A stretch of 61,025 nucleotides of DNA, filler included, from Sphacelaria rigidula (taxonomy: Eukaryota): the NCBI GenBank assembly GCA_964200075.2. It is 5 parts of 5 records of this genome, joined end to end, with 100 filler letters (N's around TTAATTAATTAA, not from the genome) between each part and the next. Parts side by side here need not be neighbours in the genome. Positions count along the whole stretch, not along the records: positions 24,455 to 36,579 come from CAXNAA020004097.1; positions 36,680 to 48,802 come from CAXNAA020004098.1; 3 more parts are not named here. One strand, written 5' to 3'. This document shows, piece after piece, positions 24,768 to 37,620 of this stretch. A program made the position numbers and the translations under genes. Numbering within the stretch: the stretch's first letter is position 1; each line of letters begins with the position of its first letter. The notes under the pieces were generated by a model. That model saw nothing but the letters and a program-made list of their open reading frames with translations. It was not told where the DNA came from and did no database searches.

Positions 24768-27700
24768 CGGGATGACGACGGATCCGGTGCGGAGGACAAA
24801 GACGAGGAGGAGCAGGAAGAAGACACTATCGCCGCACTCGAAACGCTAGAGGCGGCAGACGAGAGAGACCCGACGTACCTACTGTACCCGCCGCTCGCCC
24901 TGCGCACGCCGCGGCAGAAGCGCACGCAGATCGTGTTGCTTAGAGAGCTGGTGCTAGACATACAGACGGCGTTCAACAGACACTTGGATAGCCTGCACTC
25001 CGCCAAGGAGGATTGCATGGACAAGGCGAGAGGAGTAGTAATTCGATCGCTTGTTTGCTTGTATTTGTATGAAGTTTTGGGCTGTATTTTTTGTTCATGT
25101 ATCGACCTGGCAACGCTGGTTCTGGCTTTGTGTTCATGGGCCCAGCCAAAACCTCGCAAGAAGCACTTGGGTTTACACTAGTAGGCATGCTGAAAACATA
25201 CACAAACGAGTCAATGTTGGAGAAAGTTATATTATAGAAAAGGCCGTGGGAGGAGGCACAAGCAGGCCTTGCCGAGAAGTGATTGAGTATTTTTTGTGGA
25301 GTGATGGGGGTTGTCCGTCAGCCCTCTCCGCTGTCGTGGCATATTCCGCAGGTACAGATGCGTGAGTTCCTACGATAAGGACAGATATTTCCCCCTTGAA
25401 AATGTTCCACCAACGGAAAAAACGGAGCACGCGTACCGAATCCTGTGTCGCGCTAGCTAGGGTGGCTCGTCTGTCGGATATGGTCGTGCTGCTCGTTTCT
25501 TGGTATGCCGCACTTAGTTTTAGCACTTCAGCTCGCACGGCGTTGGCTACGTACTGTGTGGGCGACAATGCCTGGAACGATATGCGACCTATTCAAGACG
25601 CCAAAGATACCCAAGTTGGATATATTGTACTGGGTTTACGTTCAACAAAATCAAAACTGCTGGTGAGCCCTTGCCTACTGATTTCACGGCTCCTACAGAC
25701 TATATGGCTCACCTGGTGAACAACGCACTACACCTTTATCTAATTACTTCGAAATGCGACAAAGCCTTTTTCTGCTGTTGCTTCTCAACTGTGCCGAAAG
25801 TTGCAGGTGTTGTAGACATACGTTATACAGCATCAGTCAGTAGCGTATGATAAGTCGGAACTATATTTACCGGTGAATATGCATCATGACTACCCGATCT
25901 CACCCCTCATTTGCCGGGTGGCGTACGGCTACATTTGACCGAGCAGGTAGAGGAGAAGAACAACCGCATCCGAGAGATTCTCGTCGATCTGGGCTCGGAC
26001 GAGACATTTTTTGAACCAAAATGGTTGGACATCGAGCAGCCGGAAGAAGTGTTCAACGTGAGTGTTGGAGATTTGTTTTGAGGAAGGCGAAGAGTATTTT
26101 CAGCATGAATATTCAACGTTCTTGAGGCGAGTGTGTGTTTTAGAGTGTGTTTTTATCATGATGGGCTTTTGAAGAGTTATCCGATCATGAGCTTTTGAAT
26201 AAAGTTTCAACGTTTGTGTCAATGTTGCCTCAGGAGGCCTTTGACTGCTGAATTAAAAGGCTTTCCCCGCGGAAAATCTATGAATAAACGCTGCAGGCAA
26301 CAAGAAGTAGACGTCGGGAGGACTCAGTTGGCGCCTGCTCAGAGACTGAACCATATAGACATGTTGGTGGAAAGGAAGTCCATGCCCAGCTGGCGAAGTC
26401 GCCTTTAGAGCGAATCGTCGAGAAATAGTGGAACGTACATATTATGTGAATCACAAGGAGCGATGGGACGGACTGATCAGAATTTTAATTCTATGCTCCA
26501 GTCCGAGAATCAATCCAGCACGTCGCGGTCACCTATCAGCTATGGCCAAGGGGCGGTTGGAGTGAAACGCCCAGTTGAAAAACGTTGTTTTTCAGAGGCA
26601 TGAGCTCTATTTGTTGACCGTGACGCTGTTTGATAGTAGAATCGACACCGAATCCAACTCCTTACACCTGGGTAAACTGTACCTACGGGCCACCGCTCGC
26701 CATTTAACAGCCGATCATCGAAATTGAGGATGGAGCTTTTCATTGAGGATGAAAACCCAGAGAATTACAATCTTCGTATCCACACCAAATTTTCGGAATA
26801 TGGTTTCATTCCTTCACCTACTGATACCTATCGACAACTGCTGCACGCCCTACAAATTTGGATCTCAATCACCGAAATGTTGAAATTCGGGGAATTTAGG
26901 TGATCCGATCGGATCGCCGAAATTCCACGAAATTGGTGTTTCATCTAGGACCCCAACATTTCGGGTATCCAAATCTAAATTTGTATGATGTTTGGTACTC
27001 ATCAATAGCTACCAGTAGGTGAAGGAATGGAACCATATTTTGAAGATTTAGTGTGGATACGAAGAAATTAATCCTCCGGGTTCCCATCCTCAATGAAAAC
27101 ATCCATCCTCAATTTTGATGATCGGTTGTTGGTTGTCGAACTGCCTGACTGGTACATCTGAAACCAGGCACGGCGGAAGGTTACAGACTCAAATCCCGCC
27201 AGAGTGCGTTAAGGTCTTTTTCTTCGTACGAGTATACGAGTAAGATAATTTCCGTCGCTGGAAACGTGATGACGTACGTGAGTATCACAGAAACTTGTAG
27301 TTGACGAGAGTTGACGCGGTGCCAGAGTACTGATCCAATCCACGATACCGCCACGATGTACTGTAAGGCGTGTACCCGCCGCCGCGCCTCAGTGGTCTAA
27401 ATTAAAATGATACAAGCAAGGGAAACGCGAGTTCCTTTCCGCCAGATCCGAGTAGTTATTTTTTGGAGCAACGGCCTAGAAAAGGTATACCTTCTCGTAT
27501 TTTTCCCAAGAGAGGTACCGAACATGACCAGAAACGCAAAAACAGCAAAACACACATTCTACACCAATTTCACTCCTAATTTTTGACGCACAGCAATCGG
27601 GGGGCTCCTCGGCACCCGGGCCTCGAAAAAAACAGAAAAAAACATATTACTCGCGAGATATGGCCATACGCAGGAGGACGTTTAGCCTCCAGGAACCACT

Positions 27701-30700
27701 TCCCCTTTCTAGGCCAACTTTCGGTCAGGAATACCTGATCTAGGAATTCTCTTTCAAAGTACCTGACTGTGAGGTCAGTTATACCACTTGGTGGGGGTGG
27801 GAAATTTCTCGTAAATTTTTTATTTCGAATAACACTAACACTAATACTAACACTAACACTAACACTAACACTAACACTAACACTAACACTAACACTAACC
27901 CTTACCCCAACGAAGGCATACCGAGAACCCTTGGACAAGGGGGGTGCAAAGTGTTCCCTAGGCAAAGTGTGCGTTGCCCGACCTCAAACCGGCGCAAGCG
28001 CGTTCTGCGACGCGAGGAGCACAGCACCCCTATTAAAGACCCGGATTTCTGGGATTTTTGTCCACACTAAAATCAAGTCACTACCAAGTGGTAGACTCTA
28101 CTACCGAGCTCCCCACAACGGTATGTTTGTGCCATTTTTACTCACTGTTCCCCCACAATAATCTTGTGTTAGTGGCAGGTGTCCATTAACTTTGTTTTCA
28201 AGTCAAAATGATGCCATTCAGCAATAAGGTGTGATTTGGCATCATTTTGACTTGAAAACCAGACAAATGGACACCTACCATCAACATACAATTGTCGGGG
28301 AAAAGGATCCCAGAAGGGTTAACACGGAAAATGACACCAGCCCCAGATAGCGACGGTACGATGTTACGTAACCATCCGCAAACGCAAAAGACCGAAGCTC
28401 TGTGAGTTGTGAGTCCAGTTCTTGTGTCGATGCGGAGAGATTCAGGAACCATTTCCGGGGAGAGAAGGGTGTGGTCGTTGTGGCGTTCGTGAACGGCAAA
28501 TGGGAGGGAAAAGAGCCGAATGTGTGGACACCATGGTTCGAGTTGGTGCGTAGATTCCCTTGCGCGCAATGTGCCGCATCGGGTACAGTGAGGGAAGCGA
28601 TGGCCCAGGACAGGTACGTTCTGGGCCGACTGGTGGCTCAGACAAGGTACGATCGAAAACGAATTCCTAGATCACGTAAACCCGGCCGAAATTTGCCCTA
28701 GAAAGGGGAAGTGGTTTCTGGAGGCGAGACGTCCTCCTGCGAAAGGTCATATCTCGCGAGTAGCTGTTTTTGTTTCTTTTTTTTTTTCGAGGCACGGGTG
28801 CCGAGGAGCCCCCCGATTGCTGTGCGTCAAAAATTCGGAGTGAAGTTGGTGTAGATTGTGTGTTTTGCTGTTGTCCTGTTTCTGGTCATTTTTCGTACCT
28901 TTCTTGGGCAAAATACGATAAGGTATACCTTTTCTAGGCCACTGTCCTTTCTTTTTTTTTTCTCTCAGGTGTCTGATTTTCCGTCATTGAAAGCGTGTGA
29001 CGTGGTAGGTAGGAGCAACAAATAGTCTATTTGGCTGAGTTTGTTAGACGATGGTCGACGTGGTGCCGGCGGGGGCTCATCCAATCCCCTCCGCGGTACC
29101 AAAATGTCAGGGGTGTGATGGTATCGGGGGAGGGATGAGTTGATCCCTTGAGACCGTGGACTCGTCCCGAGGAAGGGGAGGGGTTAGAAATAACAATAAA
29201 AGATAAGAGGACAAAAGGCGTGTGTCGGGGGAGATGTGAGTTAATTCCTTGAGACTAGAGAATCTTCCCGAGATTGAAAATATGTTGGAAGTATCATAGG
29301 AAAATAGATGAACCCCTTCGTTAACGTGGATTATATGCACTTTCCGGTCGAGCAAAAAACACAGATTATACCCAACCAAATGTGTCTCATGTACGTGAAA
29401 TGCTCGACCCAACCTGGGCAATGTGCTATCCTCGAGCCGACTTGAATGGATACAAAATGTTGCGCGGGGCATAGGTATAGGTACCATTTGAGCTCTAGGT
29501 AAAGAACTCAGATATGGATCTCCCGCGTGTGCTTTTCGCACGCATTTCAGAAGGCAAGAGGTCGGTCACATGCAGGACAATCGAAAATGGAAGACTATGC
29601 CATAACGCACTCTGTAACACCGGGTAGACATCGCTTAGTGTAACTATCCAGGTAATTCTAATGCTCGCCAGATTTTCAACTGAACGTTGTCAGTTATCGT
29701 CTCGTATGCCGGGAAAAAAAATACAGGTAGATAACGAGATGACCGTCAAGCCCTACGAGAGTGAAGCTGACCATGCACTCCGTGCGAAGGCCGATGAAGA
29801 GCGGCGAAAGAGGGAGGAGGAAGCAAAAGGAGCTAACGATAAATACAGAGCCCTCGAGGTACCACCGGGCAAAGCGTTGTGGGAGGAAGGTTTTTAATTG
29901 TTCTTGTTCACAAGATGATGCTGACCTCATTCTCAAAGCTACATATTGAAGGCACCTGCTCTAACAAGACCTTTGGGCCCCGTTTCAATGTTTACTACTC
30001 ACGTATTACAGTTTGTTGATCCGATGAAGGGGGGCACGGGCGCGTAAAGGAATTGATGGGCATACACGCCCTCTATCTCCTAGCCTCACCTTCTCGATTC
30101 TTGGTCGACGCGGATTGAACTGCAGCTCTGTCTCGGTTATATTTTAATTACCGTCACGCGTATTATCCTGTTTCCCGATGAGGAATGCTCACTGTCACTG
30201 GTTGACGACACTCTAGCCTTTTCCACCAAATGGGCAATACTTGCAGGATGGACGACGGGTTTTATTTTCTCGGACGGTAGTGAGCTGAGTGGCGCTATTA
30301 CTGCGTACGTCAGGTGTTCCTTGTAGGTGTAAATAGCACGGTCATCTTTGTACACGGGTACGGTTTTCGAGGACATTTGAGATCATATTTCATACCCTGG
30401 AGACTTCCGTCTTGTGGAGGCCATTCGCTTTTTCAGGCATGTCAGTCATTTGGCCAACCAGATGAAACACTCGTATCTCTACGATTGACACATCATTGCT
30501 ATCCAAGGGGAAGTTGAGACTCATGACAAGGGCTCGGCCACCTATTCTTCGGGGTCGAAGTGCTACATCGCTCTTCATAGCAAAATTGTGCAGCGACGCT
30601 CATTTGGGCGAATTTTGTTGGTCGAACCGCTACCGTAGATGGTCTTCGGAAACTCTCTGGGCTCCGGTTCTCCAAAACCATGAGAACATGAGCGCGCGAA

Positions 30701-33700
30701 GAAAATTCATTGATTCATTGATTCATTGATTCACTGATTCACTGATTAATTCCTTGATTGTTTTACTTGAACTGATATCCCCGGGATCCAGCCGTGGTCA
30801 TATGGTAGATGTACCCGGGACAGTGAACAGTGAATGCCACGAGTTATGGGTTGATCACTTGAGCCTACGGCCTTGTCTTCAGGAAGGAACTTTTATTGGG
30901 GATGAGAAACCCGGAGAATTAAGATCTTCGTATCCACACCAAATCTTCGAAGTATGGTTCCACTTCTTCACTCACTGATAACTATTGACAGCTGCTACAC
31001 GTCATAGAAATTTAAATTCCGATCACCGAAATGTTGGGGTCTTGAATGAAAAACCAATTTTGGGGAATTTCGGGTGTCCGAACAGACGCCAAAATGATTC
31101 CGAAACTGGTTTTCACCTAGGACCCCAATCTTTGGGTGATCGAAATCCAAATTTCTATGGCGTGTAGCAGTTGTCAAAAGCTATCAGTAGGTGAAAAAAT
31201 GGAACCCTATTTCGAAGATTTGGTGTGGATACGAAGATTTTAATTCTCCGGATTTCCCATCCCCGATAAAAGATCCATCCCCATTTTGTAAGATCCCGTG
31301 TCAAGGGAGCCTAGGGGTAATGTATGGTGAAAGAAAGAGCTGTAAATTAAGACCATAGCGAATGTTTCGAGAGACTCCAGGCGAATCTACCGCTGTAAAA
31401 ACGAAGCAATCCCAACGGCCCCAAGGATGACAAAAATTGGTCAGCCCTGATTATCCGCGTGTTGGACGCTGTACGTTTCTGCTGTTGGGCAGGATATGAT
31501 GCACGGGACGTTAGAAGTAAAGCAGGATGGGCTGACAACCGACGCTATCCAGAGGCCTGAGTGGATGGATGAAGTGGAGGCAGAGGACATGACGGACGAA
31601 CAGCGCAAGGTACACAACGCGCCCTGATCAGAACTCTGTTTCTTTTTTCTCTGGATTTGCTCTCTTTTGTGGTCCAGTCTGCTTACTCAACATGACCTGA
31701 TCACGAACAGTATTCACGGGTATCCACGGCTTATCTGCGGTTGGGAAGTTGGAATCTTATTTCAAAGTATAAAGAATCAGCCACATCACCTGACAATATC
31801 ACCCGCCGAAGGTGTTTCGTGGTTCGTTCTGTTTCCGTAGTCTCAGGTGGTAACTGAACGGCCTTCATATATACTTTGTAAAAACAGACACAGCCCACTT
31901 GATTCAAGACTTCTGACTATCCATGACTTGGCATTTCAGTAGCCCCAACGCTAATTACTTGAGTCTAGTATGGACCAGCGTACTGTTCGGACGAGCCAAA
32001 ATGCCTCAATACCGCGAGAGAACCTCGGTGCAGTACCTCGGTCAGCGTGGGAAACTGCACGTCCGAATGATACACAGTACTGTACATGTGGCAACCTCAC
32101 CGACAGCCGATTGGACCGCAAACAGGAAATGGAGGAGTATGACGCGAAGCTGAAAGCGGTGCACGAAGAGCAGGCCAAGTACCGAAAGGCTCTTGAGCTG
32201 GAATTGAAGAAACTCAGAACAGAGGCAAGTAGGTTGCTGATATGTACTGTTGTCAGAAATCTTCGTTCGTCTATGATGAGAAGAAAAACCAAGACAAGAG
32301 TATACATTACGGCGGGGACTTCAGGGCACTGAGGAACAAGAAACCCTGTGCTGCGCGCTTCCGCAGAGCGAAGCAATGAGAGCAAACGAGAACGTGCTCG
32401 GTATATCCAACACTACGGAACTCGTGGAGAAATAACGTCTGTAGGCGTGATGGAGCAAGGTGCTTGGATCAAGGAAACACTGAATGCGAGCATGCCGACC
32501 CCTCCCAAGGTCCTAGCTGTCCAAACATAGGTACCTTTCAGGACGTGATGGTGACGTCCTGATATTTGCATGAACTCCGCTCGCCCGGTAGGTGTCAGAT
32601 CTGATGAAAGCGTTCGACGACCGAGTGAAGGAGCTGCGGGAGCTACGAGTGCAGGTCCAGATGTGTATCGCCTCGCAGGTGAGTGATCAAGACTTGCGAG
32701 AGCGTTCATGTGTCGAACGAAAATAGCGGCTTCAACTCCACAGACGAACGGAGCGGGCGGTGCTGTACCATGTATGGTTCGTGTTCAGCTCCTTCTGCCC
32801 GATATGAAACGGCCGTGTTTTGTCACGTGCGTTTTAATTAATTCATGAACTGCTGGTGAACTTTCAGGAGCTGTTGCACACTCGGCTTGCGATGGGTATC
32901 GTCGAACGGGAGGATGACGATGTGACCATGGAGAAACTGGATAAGGCCCTGGGAGAGCTGTTCGATAAGAAGGCCAGTGCCTCAGCGTATGTATAGTAGC
33001 TCTTCGCGTGCTGACTAACTTTACGATCAATTCACGGGATAGAGGTCAATCTGAAGGGTGAATAAGCAGCCCAAGAGAAAAGAGAGTTTATTATTGCGGA
33101 GTAGAAGCCCCAAGAGACCCAGAATACGTGATGTGTCACCCTCTGCAATTGCCCGTTAGTACAGCACAGATGTCGCCAGAAACATTCATGTAACGGGGAT
33201 TAATTCTCTGGCCGAATTCTACGATAGCATTACAATGTCTTTGTTCACGGATGTCGCTCGTTTCAGGCAGTGGCCCAGGAACACCTGGAGAGCTACCGTC
33301 TACACGTAGAGCAAGCGAGGGAAGAAATAGAGGCACTGCAGGTGATCGATCGACGGATAACACGGCGTGGGTGGTACAACAAGTGATTCTAAAGCATGCT
33401 GTTGAGTTTTGGCAATCGTTGATGGTTGTATGTTACCCAACAGTTGAGACCGTTCAGGGTATGTCTACCTCGACATTGTACTCGTAACGAATACGCAAAA
33501 TAGCTAACACAGCTGAGTTTTCCCGCAAGCAGGGGAATAGCTTTAGCCTGCCCGCGCGCGAGAGCGGCAGAACTATAGTAACTCCTCAGCATGGCCGGGA
33601 AAATTCAATATATTCCTCTGTCTCTGAACTTTGGGGGTCGACGTTAAATGATTGCAATATATCGTTCGGCACCATATACATCTGTCGATGCATTTGAGCC

Positions 33701-35986
33701 TCAGGCAAGATTACTCAGGCAAGATTACTCAGTGCTTCACCGAGTAAGCCGTAGAAAGCCAAACGTGGTTTGAAAAAACGTTTATAACGGGATGACCTGG
33801 TAATTGCTGCCCAAGGGATGAGAACAACGCTGACCGTGAGTGAGGCAGAAGCGAACGGACAAGGCAGCCTCGGGCTAATTTTCCATAATCTGGTCATTTC
33901 CCGAAAGATCTCACCGGTCTTCAAGTCAACACGACCCAGAGAGTTGAATGCACTTGGAGAATCATCTCAGCAAGACCTCACCGATTTTCTCACCAAGATG
34001 CCTCGAAAAGTCGAATACACTCGCATAGGCACATGTGCACCAACACGAAGCACTTCATAACGTGTCCGGCAGGCCGTCATCCATCTATCATAGGAAAAAA
34101 TATTCAACGGACAAGATATATCTCTTATGCTGAATTCCCCTGAGAACACATGATCAATGGTCTTACAGCTACTGTGGACAAAAACAGGATACATCATTTT
34201 TGTGTCGTGAGTCAATTCGGATGGCCGCGTTGCATTCGAAAACCCCGTGCACATCTTGACAGACCGAAGATCGTATGATGGAACGTAATTTCAAGAAGGA
34301 GATCCAAGAGGCTGCCTCTAACCCTATTGATATGGCCGACATGATGGCGCAATTAGTTCAGGTAAGTAATGTACGCATATCACCAAATTACCGAGTGTAC
34401 AACCATATACATGTGGAGTCGGGCTGGCGCTACACGCCACGTTGGTCCGTCTACAAAAGGACCCACGGTGTGATACATCGAAACATTGTCGCGAGGAAGT
34501 GTGACATGCGACTGCCAACGAAATACCGCTTTTGGCCATGGAGAGTGTACAGTCCTCAATACGTATTTTCTCGCACGCACGTAGGGTTAGGTTGGGGAGT
34601 GTGGGCCGGCGCAAGCTTCAGGTCTTCCCCTTCGAAATACGTACACGGTAAAGAATCGTAGCCCCTCTGAAGCTGGGTAGACAATGCAAATTCTGGTAAA
34701 TAACAACTGGACGTTGTGATTTTATCAGACGATGGTTGAATTTCGCTATTTGGTCCGTGTTTCAACACGCTGTAGTTTACGTTAAACCTGCAATGCGAAG
34801 TGGCATGCCGTGCCTCTAGACTTTATGGTACGAATAAGACGGCTTGTGAAAAAACAAACTGTCAAATCCACGCACGTTTTCTCCCCGCTTCGATACTCCA
34901 CAGCTTTACAAGCTACGAGATCATAGCGCCATGAGCGCCGGTGGATCTTCGGGCTATTGCGGCAGCGCCACCGGTATGAGCAACAGGACAAGCTTCCGCA
35001 AATCGCAATCCAGGTTAGCAGAGAAGTTCTGGTATCTATCACTACCCCGACGAAAGTATGGGTTGGACTATAGTGGAGCACGAGGGACTATTCATCTGTG
35101 TACTGAATGCGACACACGTGAAAGATGGAGGGCGTGGGGGGTTCCGATGGGTTCCAACGGTGACCAGAGCGAGGAGTTCACGTTTTATAAGAGCATCCTT
35201 CTTTTTTTCTGGCCACCGTGGCAGCCCCCGCGCTCCCTCTCCCGTGCCACCGCTGTTCACGTGCGCGTGCGGGCCAATGCTGCTCTATCACGCACTTCGT
35301 CGTAGTACAGGCTGTGCTGCGAAGGGGTTGGTGTCACAACAATTGTCAATAATAACTTCCGAGGCTTTGCAGTCGCACTTGTTTCTTTTTTTGTCTTACC
35401 TCTAATCCCCCCCTTCCTCGGGACGAGCCCGTGGTCTCAGGGTATCAACCCATCTCTCCCCCGGTATGCGCCTTGAATTTTGGTCTCGCGGATCGGATCA
35501 TGATCAGTACTCCCGCACGGCGTCGACTCTCGTTGAACAAACTCAGTCAAACGAATTGTTCTTGATACCAAAGTCCTTATGGTTTCAAAGACGAAAAATC
35601 AGATACTGCTGAGAAAAGAGCCAACCTGGAAGCATCTCGTGGGAATCGAACGAGAATTTTCCCCGACCCAACAACCGTCAGTTGTACCATTAGTCTACCG
35701 GGCCGCGACGCAGCACAACACTACAACTCACTCTACAGTTGGAACCGCGATCCCAAACACGTCTCCTAAGTGCATGAAGTAGCTCACGTACAACATGAAC
35801 GACTTTTACCAGTGATTGGCAAATACATCTTCTGCATATCTCTTCGTTATCTCCCTATTTTACAGCCGACGCTCGCCGCACATGCGCGAGAGCGCGATGG
35901 GGCGCAGCAAACGAAAACGGAGTAGTCGCGTAGGCAGCGGGGGGGGTAGCATGCGCGCGTCCCATGGATTAGGACCACTCCAAGAG
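24768..35986 (+). CDS. CFAP43: Cilia- and flagella-associated protein 43 (WDR96), coiled-coil region, partial. Exons 24768-25025, 25947-26057, 29727-29858, 31493-31609, 32126-32224, 32592-32678, 32868-32972, 33267-33341, 34263-34361, 34904-35013, 35866-35986
   Basis: Continuous spliced frame LLYPPLALRTPRQKRTQIVLL..FNRHLDSL..|VEEKNNRIREIL..EQPEEVFN|..RALE|DMMHGTLEVK..|EEQAKYRKALELELKKL..|..AFDDRVKEL..Q|EL..|..TEDRMMERNFKKEI..|LYKLR. These are motifs I recognise from CFAP43, and all exon phases are compatible. Confidence 0.88.
26706..27130. mobile_element. Foldback/MITE: ~420-bp imperfect palindrome
   Basis: Left arm gatcatcgaaattgaggatg..cttcgtatccacacc pairs with right arm gtgtggatacgaag..catcctcaattttgatgatc; centre gatccgatcggatc. 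Confidence 0.8.
27473..28940. mobile_element. Non-autonomous DNA transposon with ~300-bp TIRs (Mutator-like) containing nested elements
   Basis: 27473-~27765 (ggcctagaaaaggtatacctt...) is the reverse complement of ~28645-28940 (...aaggtataccttttctaggcc); both flanks are T-rich. Confidence 0.8.
27784..28091 (+). mobile_element. TA-flanked short-TIR element carrying a (CTAACA)n / telomere-like tract
   Basis: ta|ccacttggt...accaagtgg|ta; internal (ctaaca)n followed by cgaaggcataccgagaaccc, which is shared with 46070-46330 and (minus strand) 52370-52475. Confidence 0.65.
30882..31285. mobile_element. Second copy of the 26706-27130 foldback family
   Basis: Shares cttcgtatccacaccaaat and its complement atttggtgtggatacgaag; the mirrored ORFs 30985+ and 30995- reflect the palindrome. 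Confidence 0.8.
35405..35708 (-). mobile_element. tRNA-derived SINE, family A (diverged copy)
   Basis: cttcctcgggacgagcccgtggtctc...ggtctcgcggat...gggaatcgaac...accattagtctaccgggccgcg parallels 21437-21736. Confidence 0.7.
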
Positions 35987-36579
35987 GTGAACAAGTGACT
36001 GTTCTTCGATACTGGAATTCCTCAGATACCACAAGTCGATCAAATGTGCGTCTCAACATAGTACCTACAGCACGCGGCCGATGCAATTGACGTGGCGGAA
36101 TTGCACACAGCACGAAACCTCTTGATGTGCGCTAAAGCTTTGAAATGCGTCGAGGCTGACCATCACCTCTGGAACTTTGGGGGAAAAGAGGGATGCGGTG
36201 AGGAAGAATGAGCTCGTACTGACGAGGTGCCGAATGCGCCGCGAAATGGTGGTTGAGGCTCAAACGTTCGTTTTGAATCGACAGTTTGGGATCATGACGA
36301 CACCCTCCGGGTTATGTGACATTTGTTTGCCGCCAGCGGCCAGCTTCGGACATTGTCAAGCATCGAATAGAAGCGCATGTAGTGGACATAGTCTGGTGTA
36401 AAGCATAATCGTTTTGATGTATCACTCGCATATCTTTTGCCTTTGCGAGGTAGCATGGGACGTTGTAAAGTATGTTTTAATTCGCTGCCCCCCTAAAACA
36501 GTTTCTGGTGACGCACCCATGAGGCAGTGTATAAACTGTGGCTGTCTCTGGAAGTGGCGATGCCAGAAAATAAAGCAAC

Positions 36580-36679
36580 NNNNNNNNNNNNNNNNNNNNN
36601 NNNNNNNNNNNNNNNNNNNNNNNTTAATTAATTAANNNNNNNNNNNNNNNNNNNNNNNNNNNNNNNNNNNNNNNNNNNN
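36580..36679. other. Artificial contig linker
   Basis: N-run, TTAATTAATTAA, N-run; 100 nt. Confidence 0.97.
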
Positions 36680-37095
36680 ATATATCTTATCCCCGTCCTG
36701 TTTCGCCATATTTAGCCATATGGGCGACATCGACCCCATCCGTGGGAGTTGCCAGCTGCTCGGTGTGTACGGCCCTTGACATTGTGATTCGCGCATGTAG
36801 ATTTTGTTTCTCCTCAAACCAGCCACTTTCCTGGGGGGGCGGGGGGGAGGATATCGCGACATCACTCCGAGACTACGCAGGTCTCCTGAGTCTCTTGTGA
36901 AGCGGTGCGGTACACGAGCGGCAGTCTCCTGTGAAAAACTCATGAAGATTGTTCGCACGAGGGCGCAATGAATTCGAACGAAAGTAGCGACAACGTCTGT
37001 CCTCCACTGTCCCCTATCACATCACTTTTATGGTCTGAAAAACACCCATGATATGTCTTCGTCATTCTTGACAGTACACACTGCAACATCCATCA

Positions 37096-37620
37096 CACCG
37101 GTGGCTCAGTTGGTAACCTCGAAACCTTCCACATCTTGGACAATGTATGGTCAATGGTTGCAATAGAAGAAACGTACTGCATAAAGTGTATGCCTATTGC
37201 GACTTTTGTCGGCCGGCAATAGTCGCAATAGGCCTACACTTTATGCAGTACATTTCTCGTCTGTTGCATCTATTGACCATATATTGTCCAAGGTGTGAAA
37301 CCTTCAGACGGTTGGGTCGTGGGTTCAAATTTCGAAGCGATCTGGGATTTTTCATCACACAATGCTCAATAGTGGAGAGCTACAATGTTGTTGGTACACA
37401 AAATTCGACTTAATGGTCCCCGAGGGAAAGGGGCTGCCGAAACCCTCTCGCGATAAAAAAAAAGGCAAGAACCGCAAAAGGAGGATGGAAAACTAAAAAC
37501 AAATAAAAAAGAAAAACCCGTGCGGGCCTTCCTTCTGTGTGACCCCGGCTGGTGCGCCCACATATACCGAATGGTGTAGCCCGGCGTTCAGAATAGATGG
37601 GATGACAACACACACAAACA
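37096..37620 (+). mobile_element. tRNA-derived SINE, family B, interrupted by a MITE
   Basis: ccggtggctcagttgg (A box), gggttcaaat (B box), cagaatagatggga followed by a CA tail; homologous to 45746-46070 and 49195-49616. Confidence 0.8.
37130..37297. mobile_element. 168-bp palindromic MITE with 8-bp TSD (hAT/P-type)
   Basis: AAACCTTC at 37122-37129 and 37298-37305; TIRs cacatcttgg / ccaaggtgtg; absent from the other SINE-B copies. Confidence 0.9.
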
